DNA of 64,000 nucleotides, taken from Azolla caroliniana. Taxonomy: Eukaryota > Plantae > Polypodiophyta. Positions 35,535 to 46,922 of the stretch are shown here, in pieces (position 1 is the stretch's first letter; each line of letters begins with the position of its first letter). The stretch covers positions 4,402,001 to 4,466,000 of the forward strand of contig JBHGNT010000002.1 in the NCBI GenBank assembly GCA_043228905.1, in the 5' to 3' direction. Below the pieces are notes generated by a model that was given only the letters and a program-made list of their open reading frames with translations, was not told where the DNA came from and did no database searches. The position numbers were made by a program, and so were the translations under genes.

Positions 35535-38500
35535 TGTCGAACCTCGCGCTCGGCCACAACCGAGAAATAGGATCAAATCACAGAAAACAGGAAATACGAA
35601 ATGCTCCAAGACTACAGAGAGAAGAGTGCACAGGATATTTTACGTGGAAAACCCTAAATGGGAAAAACCACGGGAGTCCTCAAACTCCAACTCACACTAT
35701 ACACAGAGATGTACAATGGTGAAGCTTCAAGGCAACAACCTTGAGCTCACTGTCTTCGCCACAGGCGGCGGCAATACACAGAGGCGTCGACCTCTTCCTT
35801 TCTCTCTCTCTCTCTCTCTCGGCTGATCTCACTTCGCTCTCTCAGCTAGAACATAGAATGAGCAACAACAGTAAAACTGTTTGCCCTAAGTCATATTTAT
35901 ACACATATGACTTTCGGGCTATTTACAAATATAGCCTCAAGGGCCCTTGGCAAACATATTCACAAATATGTCCCCGCATCCGGATCTCTCTCCGGGTACA
36001 TTCATCATCCGGCTCCGTAACCGGGTCTTCGTCATCCGGCTCCGTAGCCGGGTACTCTTCATCCGGCTTCATGCCGGGTACTCTTCATCCTCCGGTTCCG
36101 TAACCGCAACCGGGCTTGCCGTCATTCATCTCCGGACATCCCATCCGGAGGGACCGTAAATCCCAACAAACTCCCCCTTCACTTCGGCATGGGATGTCTC
36201 TCCAATCCGATCCTCTTCCGGCATGCTTCCAGCTTGTCGGGTGTAAGCACCTTGGTCAGCATATCCGACCCGTTCTCGTCCGTGTGGATCTTCGTCAACA
36301 CGAACTCCTCGTCTTCTATCCTCTCCCGGATCCAGTGGTATCTTCGCTGGATGTGTTTCGTCCGGGAATGGTAGGCCGCATTCTTCGCAAGGTGGATGGC
36401 ACTCTGACTATCGCAATAGAGTCGGTACTCCTCCTGCCGGATACCGAGCTCTCTAATGAAGTCCTTCATCCATATTATTTCCTTGCCGGCTTCAACAGCC
36501 GCCATGTACTCCGCCTCCGTGGTTGACAACGCAACCGTCTTCTGCAGCCTCGACTGCCACGAAACAGCTCCCCCTGCATACGTCATCACATACCCTGATG
36601 TGGACCGGCTGGTATCTGCATCAGCTGACATATCCGAATCGGTGAAGCCGTCGAGTTCGGGTTTACCGGAGCCGAATCGGAGGCACACGTTTGCCGTGCC
36701 CTTCAGGTATCGGAGTATCCACTTGGCCGCGTTCCAATGCTCTTTACCGGGATTGCTCATGTACCGGCTCACCACTCCGACTGCGTATCCAATGTCCGGT
36801 CTTGTACACACCATTGCGTACATCAAGCTTCCGACGGCAGAGGCATATGGTACTTTCATCATGTCCTCCTTCTCACCCTTTGTCTTGGGGCTTTGCTTGC
36901 TGGACAGCTTGCAGTTTGCCGGGAGGGTCGATCCGACCGGTCTTGCTTCCGACATGTTGAACCGGTGAAGCACCTTCGTCACGTACTTCTCTTGTGACAG
37001 CCACAACTGCTTCTTCTTCCGGTCCCGGATGATGTGCATCCCTAGTATTTGCCTCGCCGGACCCAGGTCCTTCATTGAGAAGGTTCGGTGAAGAGCCTTC
37101 TTCAGCATCCGTATCTTGACCTGGTCCCGTCCGACGATCAACATGTCGTCCACGTACAGGAGGAGTATTAGAGAGTCTCCTCCTTCGAACTTCTTCACAA
37201 ACATGCAGTGGTCGGACTGCGTTTTGAGGTACCCTTCGTCGGTCATGAAGGAGTCGAACTTCCGGTACCATTGCCGGGGAGCCTGCTTCAGTCCGTAAAG
37301 GCTCTTCTTCAACCGGCATACCAGGTGCTCCTTCCCTTTCTTCTCGAATCCTTCCGGTTGCTGCATGTAGATCTCTTCTTCGAGGTCACCGTGAAGGAAT
37401 GCCGTCTTCACGTCCATCTGTTCTACCTCGAGGTCCATGCTTGCCGCTATGCTCAGCACCGTCCGGATGGAGGTCATCTTCACTACCGGGGCAAATATCT
37501 CGTCGAAGTCGACGCCCTTCTTCTGCTGAAACCCCTTCACCACGATCCTGGCTTTGTATCTCGGGGGGTTTCCGGCATCTCCCGGTTTCAGTTTGAACAC
37601 CCACTTGTTACGGAGTGCCCGTTTTCCTTTCGGCAGCTCCACAAGTTCATATGTGTGGTTCTCATGCAGGGAATCCATCTCCTCCTGCATGGCACTTAAC
37701 CACCTGCGGCTATGGGTGTCATGCTTTGCTTCTTCAAAGCTCTCCGGCTCCCCCTCGTCGGTTAGCAGCACGTGCTCTGGTTCCGGAAATCTCCGGGGGG
37801 CCCTTCTCTCTCTTAGAGGATATCTCCGTTCCGGAGCTTCGGTAACCGGTTCTTCCGATTCTTCTTCATCCGAATCCATTTCGGGATCGGGGCCGGTTCC
37901 GGTATCATTTTCATCTTCTTCGGCCGGTTCTGCTTCTTCACCGTCTTCGGCCGGATCCTCGAGTGCTAACCGGTCTCTTGCCGGTCGGGACTGCTCCTTG
38001 TAGAGTTGATCCTCACCGGTCGACTTGGAGCTCTTCATCTTCTTCTCCGACTCCCAGTCGGCGAGTGTCTTGTCCTCCATGAAGATGATATCTCGACTCC
38101 TGAATATCTTCTTGTCAACCGGGTCCCATACTCGGTAGCCGAACTCGTCGTTGCCGTAACCGAGGAATATGCATGGCCGGGTCTTTGGATCTAGCTTTCC
38201 TCTCCGGTCCTTTGCCACATGCACATATGCGAGACACCCGAACACCTTCAGATGCCGGTAGGATACTTCCCTACCGGTCCACACTCTCTGTGGCGTGTCT
38301 CCATCCAAAGGTACTGAGGGTGATCTGTTTATCACGTATGTCGCCGTCGACATTGCCTCAGCCCAAAACCCCTTGGGTAATTTCGCATGCGCCAGCATAC
38401 TCCGGACCCTCTCCATTATGGTCCGGTTCATCCTCTCGGCCAGCCCGTTCAGTTCCGGCGTCTTCGGCACAGTAAACTCGAGCCGGATTCCCTTCGAGCG

Positions 38501-40916
38501 ACAGTACTCCTCGAACTGCCCCCGGTATTCCCCTCCGTTATCCGCTCGTACCGCTTTCAGCTTCTTGCCGGATTCCCTTTCCACTCTCGCGTGGAGTTCT
38601 TTGAAGACGGACAATACTTGGTCCTTTGTCTTCAACGGTGCCGTCCACAGCTTCCGGCTGTGGTCATCGATGAATGTCACGAAGTACTGGGCTCCGCCAT
38701 GTGACTTCGTTTCTACTTGACACACGTCAGTGTGCACCAGCTCCAATGGTGCACTACGTCTCGTCGGTGGCCTTGAGTGGAAGGAGGTCCGGTTTTGCTT
38801 ACCGGCCAGGCAGTCGGTGCACTTCTCCAGGTGCACATGCTTCACTGGAATAAGGTTGTCTTCTGCAAGCCTCTTCATCCCCTTCTCACTCATGTGGCAC
38901 AGCCTCTTGTGCCACAGCTCACCGGCAGTGTCGGCTGCCACGTTCAACTCTTCCGGACACAACCGGGCATTCATCAGGTACAGTGTGTTGACTTTCCGGG
39001 CCCGAGCTACTATCAAGCTCCCCTTGCTGAACTTCATTACGCCGTTCCGGATGCTACCTGTGTAGCCTTCATCGTCTAGCCTCCCGGCCGAAATCAGGTT
39101 CAATCGAACCTCCGGAACGTGTCGGACATCCTTCAGCAGCATTTTGCATCCGGTTGATGTCATCAGCCACACGTCTCCTATGCCGGCAATCCGGCATGTA
39201 CCTTCATTTCCCATCCGGACACAGCCATGCTCACCGGCTGTGTAGGATGAGAAGTATTTCTTCTCCGGGGTCAGGTGGAACGACGCTCCGGAATCGACCA
39301 CCCAGGTCGTCTCTTCTCCGGCAAGGTTCAGCTCCCTCTCTTCGGTAATGAGCATGATTTCTTCCTCACTTGCCGCGAGTGCCGTCGTTCCTTTCCGGTC
39401 CTGCCCTCGCCGATCCGAACCTCTCCGGTCCGTGGCTCCCCGGTATGCACCGTTTCTCTCCGGTGACTTCTTCGAATCGGTGTCGTCGGCTCCGTTGTCT
39501 TTTCGGTAATGCCGACAATTCTTACGGAAGTGCCCCGGCTTCCCACAGTGGAAGCATGTGGGCCTTCCTCTTGACTGCGACCGGGTCCCCGACTTCTCCC
39601 GTCTTTGCGGACTCCGGTTCCATTGTCTTCCCCGTTCCGATTCGGTAAGCAGCGCCTTCGGGTCGGAGGCCGGTTCTTTATCTCTCCGACGCGCTTCTTC
39701 GTTCAAAATACTTGTCTTTACCGTTTGTAGAGACAAGTTATCTTCGGTGCAAGAGGTGCTGAGAGTCACCACCAAGTTCTCCCAGCTGTCCGGCAATGTA
39801 CACATCAGGATGATGGCTTGCATTGCATCCTCCAACGGGAACTTGATCGCCGCAAGCTGGTTCACGAATCCCATGAACGTGCTTACGTGTTCCACCATAC
39901 TCTCGCCGTCCCGGTACTTGAGGTTCACTATCTTTCTCATCAGGGAGGTCCGGTTCAACGCATTCTTCCTTTCGTAGAGGCCCGACAGCTTCCTCCACAT
40001 CTCATATGCGTTGGTGTCGTTCGCCACGTGTTGTAGAACGCTCACGTCGACGTATTGCCTAATGGTTGCAACGGCTTTCCGGTTCAGAAGCCTCCACTCC
40101 GTCTCAAGTACCCCCTTGGGTATTTCCGACCTGTCGATCGGTTCATACAGGTCCCGAACAATGAGCAGGTCCTCCATCTTTATCTTCCAGTCGGCGTAGT
40201 TCTGCGCGTTCAGCACCATCATGCCCGGAGGCCCGCTACCGCCGCCTTCCATTTTCTGTGTTACCGTCGCTCTGATACCACTTGTCGGACCTCGCGCTCG
40301 GCCACAACCGAGAAATAGGATCAAATCACAGAAAACAGGAAATACGAAATGCTCCAAGACTACAGAGAGAAGAGTGCACAGGATATTTTACGTGGAAAAC
40401 CCTAAATGGGAAAAACCACGGGAGTCCTCAAACTCCAACTCACACTATACACAGAGATGTACAATGGTGAAGCTTCAAGGCAACAACCTTGAGCTCACTG
40501 TCTTCGCCACAGGCGGCGGCAATACACAGAGGCGTCGACCTCTTCCTTTCTCTCTCTCTCTCTCTCTCGGCTGCTCTCACTTCGCTCTCTCAGCTAGAAC
40601 ATAGAATGAGCAACAACAGTAAAACTGTTTGCCCTAAGTCATATTTATACACATATGACTTTCGGGCTATTTACAAATATAGCCTCAAGGGCCCTTGGCA
40701 AACATATTCACAAATATGTCCCCGCATCCGGATCTCTCTCCGGGTACATTCATCATCCGGCTCCGTAACCGGGTCTTCGTCATCCGGCTCCGTAGCCGGG
40801 TACTCTTCATCCGGCTTCATGCCGGGTACTCTTCATCCTCCGGTTCCGTAACCGCAACCGGGCTTGCCGTCATTCATCTCCGGACATCCCATCCGGAGGG
40901 ACCGTAAATCCCAACA
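35535..40916 (-). mobile_element. Intact, very young Copia element
   Basis: 634-bp LTRs at 35535..36168 and 40283..40916 (2 mismatches seen), TSD GGCTC, iMet PBS at 40269-40280, PPT complement at 36171-36178, single uninterrupted ORF. Confidence 0.97.
36179..40252 (-). CDS. Copia Gag-Pol polyprotein (about 1357 aa)
   Basis: CFHCGKPGHFRKNC, WVVDSGASFH, LWHKRLCH, HTDVC..RADNGGEY..NGLAERMNRT, YVDDML, RNaseH. ATG after the PBS at 40252. Confidence 0.96.
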   Translation of the reverse strand: MEGGGSGPPGMMVLNAQNYADWKIKMEDLLIVRDLYEPIDRSEIPKGVLETEWRLLNRKAVATIRQYVDVSVLQHVANDTNAYEMWRKLSGLYERKNALNRTSLMRKIVNLKYRDGESMVEHVSTFMGFVNQLAAIKFPLEDAMQAIILMCTLPDSWENLVVTLSTSCTEDNLSLQTVKTSILNEEARRRDKEPASDPKALLTESERGRQWNRSPQRREKSGTRSQSRGRPTCFHCGKPGHFRKNCRHYRKDNGADDTDSKKSPERNGAYRGATDRRGSDRRGQDRKGTTALAASEEEIMLITEERELNLAGEETTWVVDSGASFHLTPEKKYFSSYTAGEHGCVRMGNEGTCRIAGIGDVWLMTSTGCKMLLKDVRHVPEVRLNLISAGRLDDEGYTGSIRNGVMKFSKGSLIVARARKVNTLYLMNARLCPEELNVAADTAGELWHKRLCHMSEKGMKRLAEDNLIPVKHVHLEKCTDCLAGKQNRTSFHSRPPTRRSAPLELVHTDVCQVETKSHGGAQYFVTFIDDHSRKLWTAPLKTKDQVLSVFKELHARVERESGKKLKAVRADNGGEYRGQFEEYCRSKGIRLEFTVPKTPELNGLAERMNRTIMERVRSMLAHAKLPKGFWAEAMSTATYVINRSPSVPLDGDTPQRVWTGREVSYRHLKVFGCLAYVHVAKDRRGKLDPKTRPCIFLGYGNDEFGYRVWDPVDKKIFRSRDIIFMEDKTLADWESEKKMKSSKSTGEDQLYKEQSRPARDRLALEDPAEDGEEAEPAEEDENDTGTGPDPEMDSDEEESEEPVTEAPERRYPLRERRAPRRFPEPEHVLLTDEGEPESFEEAKHDTHSRRWLSAMQEEMDSLHENHTYELVELPKGKRALRNKWVFKLKPGDAGNPPRYKARIVVKGFQQKKGVDFDEIFAPVVKMTSIRTVLSIAASMDLEVEQMDVKTAFLHGDLEEEIYMQQPEGFEKKGKEHLVCRLKKSLYGLKQAPRQWYRKFDSFMTDEGYLKTQSDHCMFVKKFEGGDSLILLLYVDDMLIVGRDQVKIRMLKKALHRTFSMKDLGPARQILGMHIIRDRKKKQLWLSQEKYVTKVLHRFNMSEARPVGSTLPANCKLSSKQSPKTKGEKEDMMKVPYASAVGSLMYAMVCTRPDIGYAVGVVSRYMSNPGKEHWNAAKWILRYLKGTANVCLRFGSGKPELDGFTDSDMSADADTSRSTSGYVMTYAGGAVSWQSRLQKTVALSTTEAEYMAAVEAGKEIIWMKDFIRELGIRQEEYRLYCDSQSAIHLAKNAAYHSRTKHIQRRYHWIRERIEDEEFVLTKIHTDENGSDMLTKVLTPDKLEACRKRIGLERHPMPK

Positions 40917-42164
40917 GGCTCTTCTTTCGACTTCTAGTGGTTTAGGTTTCCATTCCTGAAATTGAGCCATTGTTACACCATTTTCTGGTAAGACACGATC
41001 AATCTCAATCAGCTCAGGTTCGGCCGACACAATTGGCGTCCTTTTCCTCTTCAAACCCCTAGTTGACTGTGTTGGGCCTAGCTTCACATTCTACTGCTCT
41101 TGTTTTGTTGACTTAGTTATCAATCCTTGGATTACCTCGGTGCATATAGCTACTGATCTGCTCGATATCAGTCCACTGGTATCACATGTTGCATCTACCT
41201 GCAACATCAAGTCATCCGTGCAACATGCTTGATCAACTTGTGTGACCAGATCACTTGTGTCAGTTGCTACATCTACTTTCAAGATGGGGCCCTTTAAACA
41301 CGTCGCAACATCAACAGTATCCACATTGCCATCGGCCTTACGAGCAATAGAATCAAACCCTTTAGACTCTACAACATCAGAAAACACCAACATATTCACA
41401 CTCACAAAGTAACTAACAATCTCACAAAACAACATCCTGAACGTCAAAGAGTTTCAGTCATAGAACAACACTCTTCAAATTGTCTTGGAAAAACATCATA
41501 GAGTTCCATTACATAATGTGGATCAAGCAACAACCAATCTGAGGTTTTACTTGTCCAACAGGATAGTAAAACTTCATAAAACCCTAGCAAAATCCCTAAG
41601 CTAACAATCATATCCAACTAAACAGTATTTCGCTCCACTACGTCTAGGCCCCTTGACCGAGTAACTGGTCTTGTTCCCGATCGTGGCCCCTTTTTTAGCC
41701 TTTTTCTGGTCGGTTGCCCATTTAGCCTTGCTTCTTTCACCCAATGCGCAAGTGTGTCCTCCTCCGACAACCTTCCCATCGCCTCAGCAGCTAATTGCAC
41801 ATCAGCCATTTCTTGCGCTAGCTTTTCAAGTACAGAGGGATCTGTTTGGACATTTTCAGTAGTTGGGCTCGGTGGGGTGGAATCAAGGTCTTGAGATTCG
41901 AAGAAATGTTGCATCAAGTGTTCATAAACATTGTTGTTGTGAACCTCAGTTTTACATGTTGTTTCCACTATTTCATGGCATTTCACATCGTTGCCTAATT
42001 CAGTACACTGTTCCAAAAGAATAGGGTGGAGCTGATCTGAAGGAGATGTGATAGCAGGACTCTTACTTTCAGCCACGTTGGCAGGAGTATCCTCACCTGT
42101 TGCAGCGTCATCAGCACCAGACACATCATGTGTCGTCCTTAATCCACAAGATTCTACAATAACA

Positions 42165-42707
42165 TGGCAGCTATTTAGGATAGCTAATTAGCTACTTTAT
42201 TAAACTATGGTAGTAGCTAAGATAGCTAATTAGCTAGTATGATAGCTAATTAGGATAGCTAATTAGCTAGTACGATATCTAATTAGCTACGTTACTCAAC
42301 AATGGTAGTAGCTAGGATAGCTAATTAGCTACTATGATAGCTAATTAGCTACTTTCAGCAACTATGGTAGGAGCTAGGATAGCTAATTAGCTACTAGGAT
42401 AGCTGCCAGTAGCTAATTAGCTAGAAAGATAGCTAATTAGCTACTTTACTCAACTATGGTAGTAGCTAGGATAACTAATTAGCTCCGTTACTAACTATGG
42501 TAGTAGCTAGGATAGCTAATTAGCTACTATGGTATCTAATTAGCTACTTTACTCAACTATGGTAGTAACTAGGATAGCTAATTAGCTACTTTACTAACTA
42601 TAGTAGTAGCTAGGATAGCTAATTAGCTACTATGGTAGCTAATTAGCTACTTTACTCAACTATGGTAGTAGCTAAGATAGTTAATTAGCTACTTTACTCA
42701 ACTATGG
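42165..42707. repeat. TAGCTAATTAGCTA minisatellite (left half of a split array)
   Basis: Units like CAACTATGGTAGTAGCTAGGATAGCTAATTAGCTACTTTACT; the array continues at 56474. Confidence 0.92.
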
Positions 42708-44922
42708 TGTTAATCCTTAGGGCCGGACAACAGCCTAACACAGGGTGTCCACTTAAGACACTTCACCAAAGGGTGTTACAGCGAGATAACTTACGACACA
42801 ACGCTTAATTGGACCTTAATCGGTTACTTAGCAATACGTTATTAACACGCGTAAGATATACAATAAGCACAGAACGGTGAACAATACTCAATGATTAAAC
42901 AAAAGGCCTTTATATAGGTCACATTGTAACCAGGCCTTTATATAGGTCACCGGTGCGAAGTACAAAACGGTGTTAACCGGCACCTATTCGGGATCGGTCC
43001 GGATCCGGATCGGCATACCGATTCCGGTCCGTCCGTCCACATCTTCTCATATATTAATATATATATTAAGACTATTAATTTCAACAAATTCCCAAATAAC
43101 AATTCCCCTTTTCACACCCTGGTCTTTGCCGGTCAGGTAACACATGGCACGCCCGTGGGACAGTACCTTGTACGTCGAATCCCACACCGGCCCCTTACTC
43201 TTCGTTCAAGATATCCAAGATGCTTTGCTCCAGGGTCTCTAGTGGCTCGACGGGAATTTCTAGTTGCTGTTGTGGTGGTTGCTATTGTGGTTGTTGTGGT
43301 GGTTGCTGTTGTGGCTTCGGCTGTGACTCCGATTGTTGCTCTGGCATCGGCGTTTCCTTCGTTGTTTCCTCCGTCGGAGTTGTCTCTGGTTGACTTACCC
43401 CGGCTTGGTCTCTGTCTGTTCCTTGTACCGGCGACGGTTCCTCATCACCGAGGCTAACCGTTGCCGCCTGCCTTGCTTTTTCTTCCCTAAGCCGGGACCA
43501 CTCATTGCTCTCAAACTGGATTTGAGCATCCATCCGATCGTCGTCCAGTTGAGCTATGAGTTGCCGGACCTGCACCAATTGCTCATCCGCCAGAGCTGTG
43601 AAATCTTTTGCCAGCTCATCCTTTATGGCGGTGAAGTCCTCCGATGTGAGCATGTAACAGTCGTCACCTTCCTTTCGCCTGTTTTCGGCGTCCGCCCTGA
43701 GCAACTGGAGTTCAGCCGTATTCTGCGCCCATTTCGTCCACCATCGCACGGAGCTCTCGTCAATCAAGCGTTTGGTCTTGTTTAGCCATGCTCGGAGGAT
43801 GCATTGGATCCGTTCCATTCCCATCTGTGATTTGTTCTTCGCGGCTTGTCGCTCCTCTTTCAATTGCTTGATAATTCTGACCGTGTCCGCCTCCTGCTCC
43901 CTATAATGCGACAATTGACTTTGATAGGTTGTTTGCCACCTCTGTAACACCATTGTCTCCCTCTCCTTTTCTTCATTGTGCTGCTTGTGGAGCTCCATCC
44001 GGTCCCTCGCCGCTTCCTCCAATAGCTTTGTATTCCCAGCCCGTTCATCGACGAGTGCCGTTGTGGCCCTATCAACTTCTTGCTGGAGCTCGGCCATCCT
44101 TTCCTGCTGTTGCTTATGATCCTTGTCCAAGCTCTTAAAGTTCTGGTGCAGGTGGTCGAAGTCCTCTGTCTTCTGCTTCAGCCTTTGGTTGACGGAGTTC
44201 TTCTTTCAACCTTTCGATTTCCATTTCCGCCATCCGTCGCAGCTTGTCCTTCTCCTACAGCAATTTTTCTTTTTCCTCCTTTAGCCGGTCGTAAGCTTGA
44301 TGACCTTTCCACAGATTTTCTTCTGCCCGGCGGAGGTTTTCAGCAGTCTTCTTTAACTCCTCTTCTGCCGCTTTCTTCAAATCTCATTCGCGGCTCCGTA
44401 GTGCTTCTTGTGTGGCAAGTTCGTCCCTTAATTTGGCAAGCTCTTGGGCTTGCACCGCATCTTTCTCCGGGACGATTTCTGTCTCCGAGGTCTTATTCAT
44501 GTGTACAGGCGTGGTTGTTTCTTTATTCTGTACATCCACCGGAGTCACCAGTGCTTGGATCTGTGTTGCGGTTAAGGCCATTTTGGCCATGTCTTCTGTG
44601 ACCCGATCCAAGTCTTGTTCAAGACACCAGATCCTTGACCGGGTCGTCTCTAGTTCATCGGTTGTGACTAGCAACCGTTCCATCTGCGCTCGTTCTTCCG
44701 TCTCTACATACAGTATCACTCCGGCAACCTGCTCTCCTATCCACCCGAGCCATTGGCTGCCGGTGCCCTGTTGTTGCGTCTGCACGGAGGGTTGGCTGAT
44801 GGGTTCACTTGCCAGTGGCCGGTCCCGCCTAACTACGTCGAGCTGCAATTCCGGCTCTGCCTGCTGACCACTTTGCCGTTCAGGTTCCGGTTGTGTTTCG
44901 GCTAGCCGCTCTTGTTCTGTTT

Positions 44923-45730
44923 TGTTGGGAGACAGGTCCCTCCGAATGGGAAGGGAGAAGAACAGTGTTGATGAACAAGCTCGGCCAAGGCCGAAACCGG
45001 ATGAAGAGTACCTGGCTACTGAGAGCCGGATGGTGCAAACCCGGTATGAACCGGATGAGAAGTACCCGGCTACGGAGAGCCGAATGGTGCAGACCCGGTA
45101 TGAACCGGATGAGGAGTACCCGGCTACGGAGAGTCGGATGGTGCAGACCCGGTATGAACCGGATGAGGAGTACCCGGCTACGGAGAGCCGGATGGTGCAG
45201 ACCCGGTATGAACCGGACGAGGAGTACCCGGCTACGGAGAGCTGGATGGTACAGACCCGGTGAGAATTGGATGAAGAGACATATTCGTAAATATGTTTCT
45301 GAGAGTCCATCGAGACTATATTTGTAAATAGCCGAAAAGTCATATTAGTATAAATATGACTTAGGGCAAACTTTTAGTAAGTTGTTGTCATTTTCTTGTT
45401 GGTGCAAGAAGAGAGAGCGTGTAACAGTGTACAAGTTGAGAGAGAGAGAGAGAGCGAGGTCGTTGCCTCTGTTGTAACCGCCGCCTGTGGTGAAGATCGT
45501 GAGCACGAGGTCGTTGCCTCTGTGAACTCACTGTTTGTACATTCCAATATAGTGATAGTTTGCAGCCTGTGGGCTGCCGTGGTTTTTCCCTCAGTTTGGG
45601 TTTTCCACGTAAACATCCTGTCTACCTTTTTCTCTCCTTTGTGTCGTGCATTTGTTTCCCGTTTTCTGTGTATGAAAAGAATCTCAGTTGTGGCCGAGCA
45701 TTGGAAGTAAGGAGCGTTGAGTTCCCGTCA
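44923..45730 (+). mobile_element. Copia solo LTR with about five 54-bp tandem repeats
   Basis: TGTTGGG...GTCA with TSD TGTTT. Shares motifs (GGGTTTTCCACGTAAA, GTTGTGGCCGAGC) with the other Copia LTRs. Repeats at about 44996-45260. Confidence 0.9.
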
Positions 45731-46922
45731 TGTTTGTTCTTGGCCGGCTTAGGAAGGTGGCACATGCCTTACCGGGGCTTGCGTTTCGGGGCTTGCCATT
45801 TCCGGACCCGCCGGTATTGCCTGTTGTGCAGGGGCTTCGGAGACCGTTTGCTCCCTTGGCGTGGGATTCTCAGTATGGGGTAAAGGCATTCCATCCTTCT
45901 GTGGGTCCGAACACTTCCCAGCTGATTCTGTGGTGCTCGTCGTCGGCCGCCGCTAGAGGTGCTCCGTAGGTTCTTCCTCTGTCTCCTCCTCCAGGGTCCC
46001 GGCATTCATTCTTGCCTCCAGGGTGTCCGTTTCTTGCTGTGCCAGTCGGCGGAGTGTGCTCTTCAGGGGCCATGCTGGTATTTCCTCCTGCGTGTCCGTC
46101 GGCTGCTTTCGGATGGCGTGCTCCTTCGCCGCCTGCTCCGTGTCAGTTGTCTTCCCCTTATAGCTGCTATCGTTTTGAAGCAACTTTCGGGGTGTCTTCC
46201 ATTACTCTTCCCCGCTTCTTAGTCTAGACGGTGTCGTGAAGAAAACCGTCCCTTAGCGCAATCGGTGCATAGCGCGCGTGAACCGGCTCTTCACGCGTGC
46301 GCGCCCTTTAATGTATATAATAGGGAATTAGGCATATCCGGGGGTAGTTAGATTCGGTAGGTAGGAAGTAAATGAGGGAGACGGCTCCCTTCCTGAAGCT
46401 ATAAAAGAGAGGGAGACACGGGGGAGAAGGGGATATAGCGCATTGAGGAGGACGAAGTGTTGTCGAACCGTAACCGAACGCTTCTCCTCTGTTCATTCTC
46501 CATCGCTCTTCTCTACAGGATTTCGGGAGGCTCGCGCTGCTTTGAGGAACGCCCGTGTGCTTCCGACAGAACCTCCATCCTACCCCCTTTCATGCGCAGA
46601 CGAACAGGCATCGGCATCTGTTCGCCGGCCTGTTCGGTTGTAACCGCTCGCGTGCTCTGCTGTTTTGTGTCATTTGTTAATATACAAACATTCATGTCTC
46701 TCTGTCTCTGTGTCCCTTCGTGTTTTCTGCGTTGACGGGCCGTGCCCCCCTGTGTTTCTTTGCTCCTACGTGACCGGTCGTCTCTCGCTTTCTCTTTCCC
46801 CTCCTATCACCTGCTCTTCTATCCAAGACCCCGGTGGTCCCGCCTCGTTTCTCCACGCACGCGCGTAGTAACGCGACATATTTGGTGAACCCGACGAGAA
46901 CAAGGCGGTAGAGGAGCAGAAG

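Larger units (their letters stand above)
35110..41447 (-). pseudogene. Cargo ORF with a C-terminal FCP1/NIF-like HAD phosphatase domain, split by Copia 35535..40916
   Basis: Removing the Copia and one GGCTC copy restores the frame: EVERRA-LILELDKVL..PRRDANQFLEWVVQYFDLFIWS..NADNPLILD, resembling LVLDLDETL..RP..EFL..F..IW..NTLLIDD. One in-frame TAG at 41091-41093. Confidence 0.6.

Noticed and set aside
40253-40357. N-terminal extension of the Copia ORF given in the ORF track
   Set aside because: It lies in the LTR and PBS; the plausible start is the ATG at 40252.
44996-45260. Regular 54-bp repeats resembling a CRISPR array or repeat protein (ORFs 44384..45343, 44922..45263)
   Set aside because: Head-to-tail repeats with no unique spacers, lying in the U3 of a Copia solo LTR. 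No cas genes; the ORFs are by-products of the repeat.
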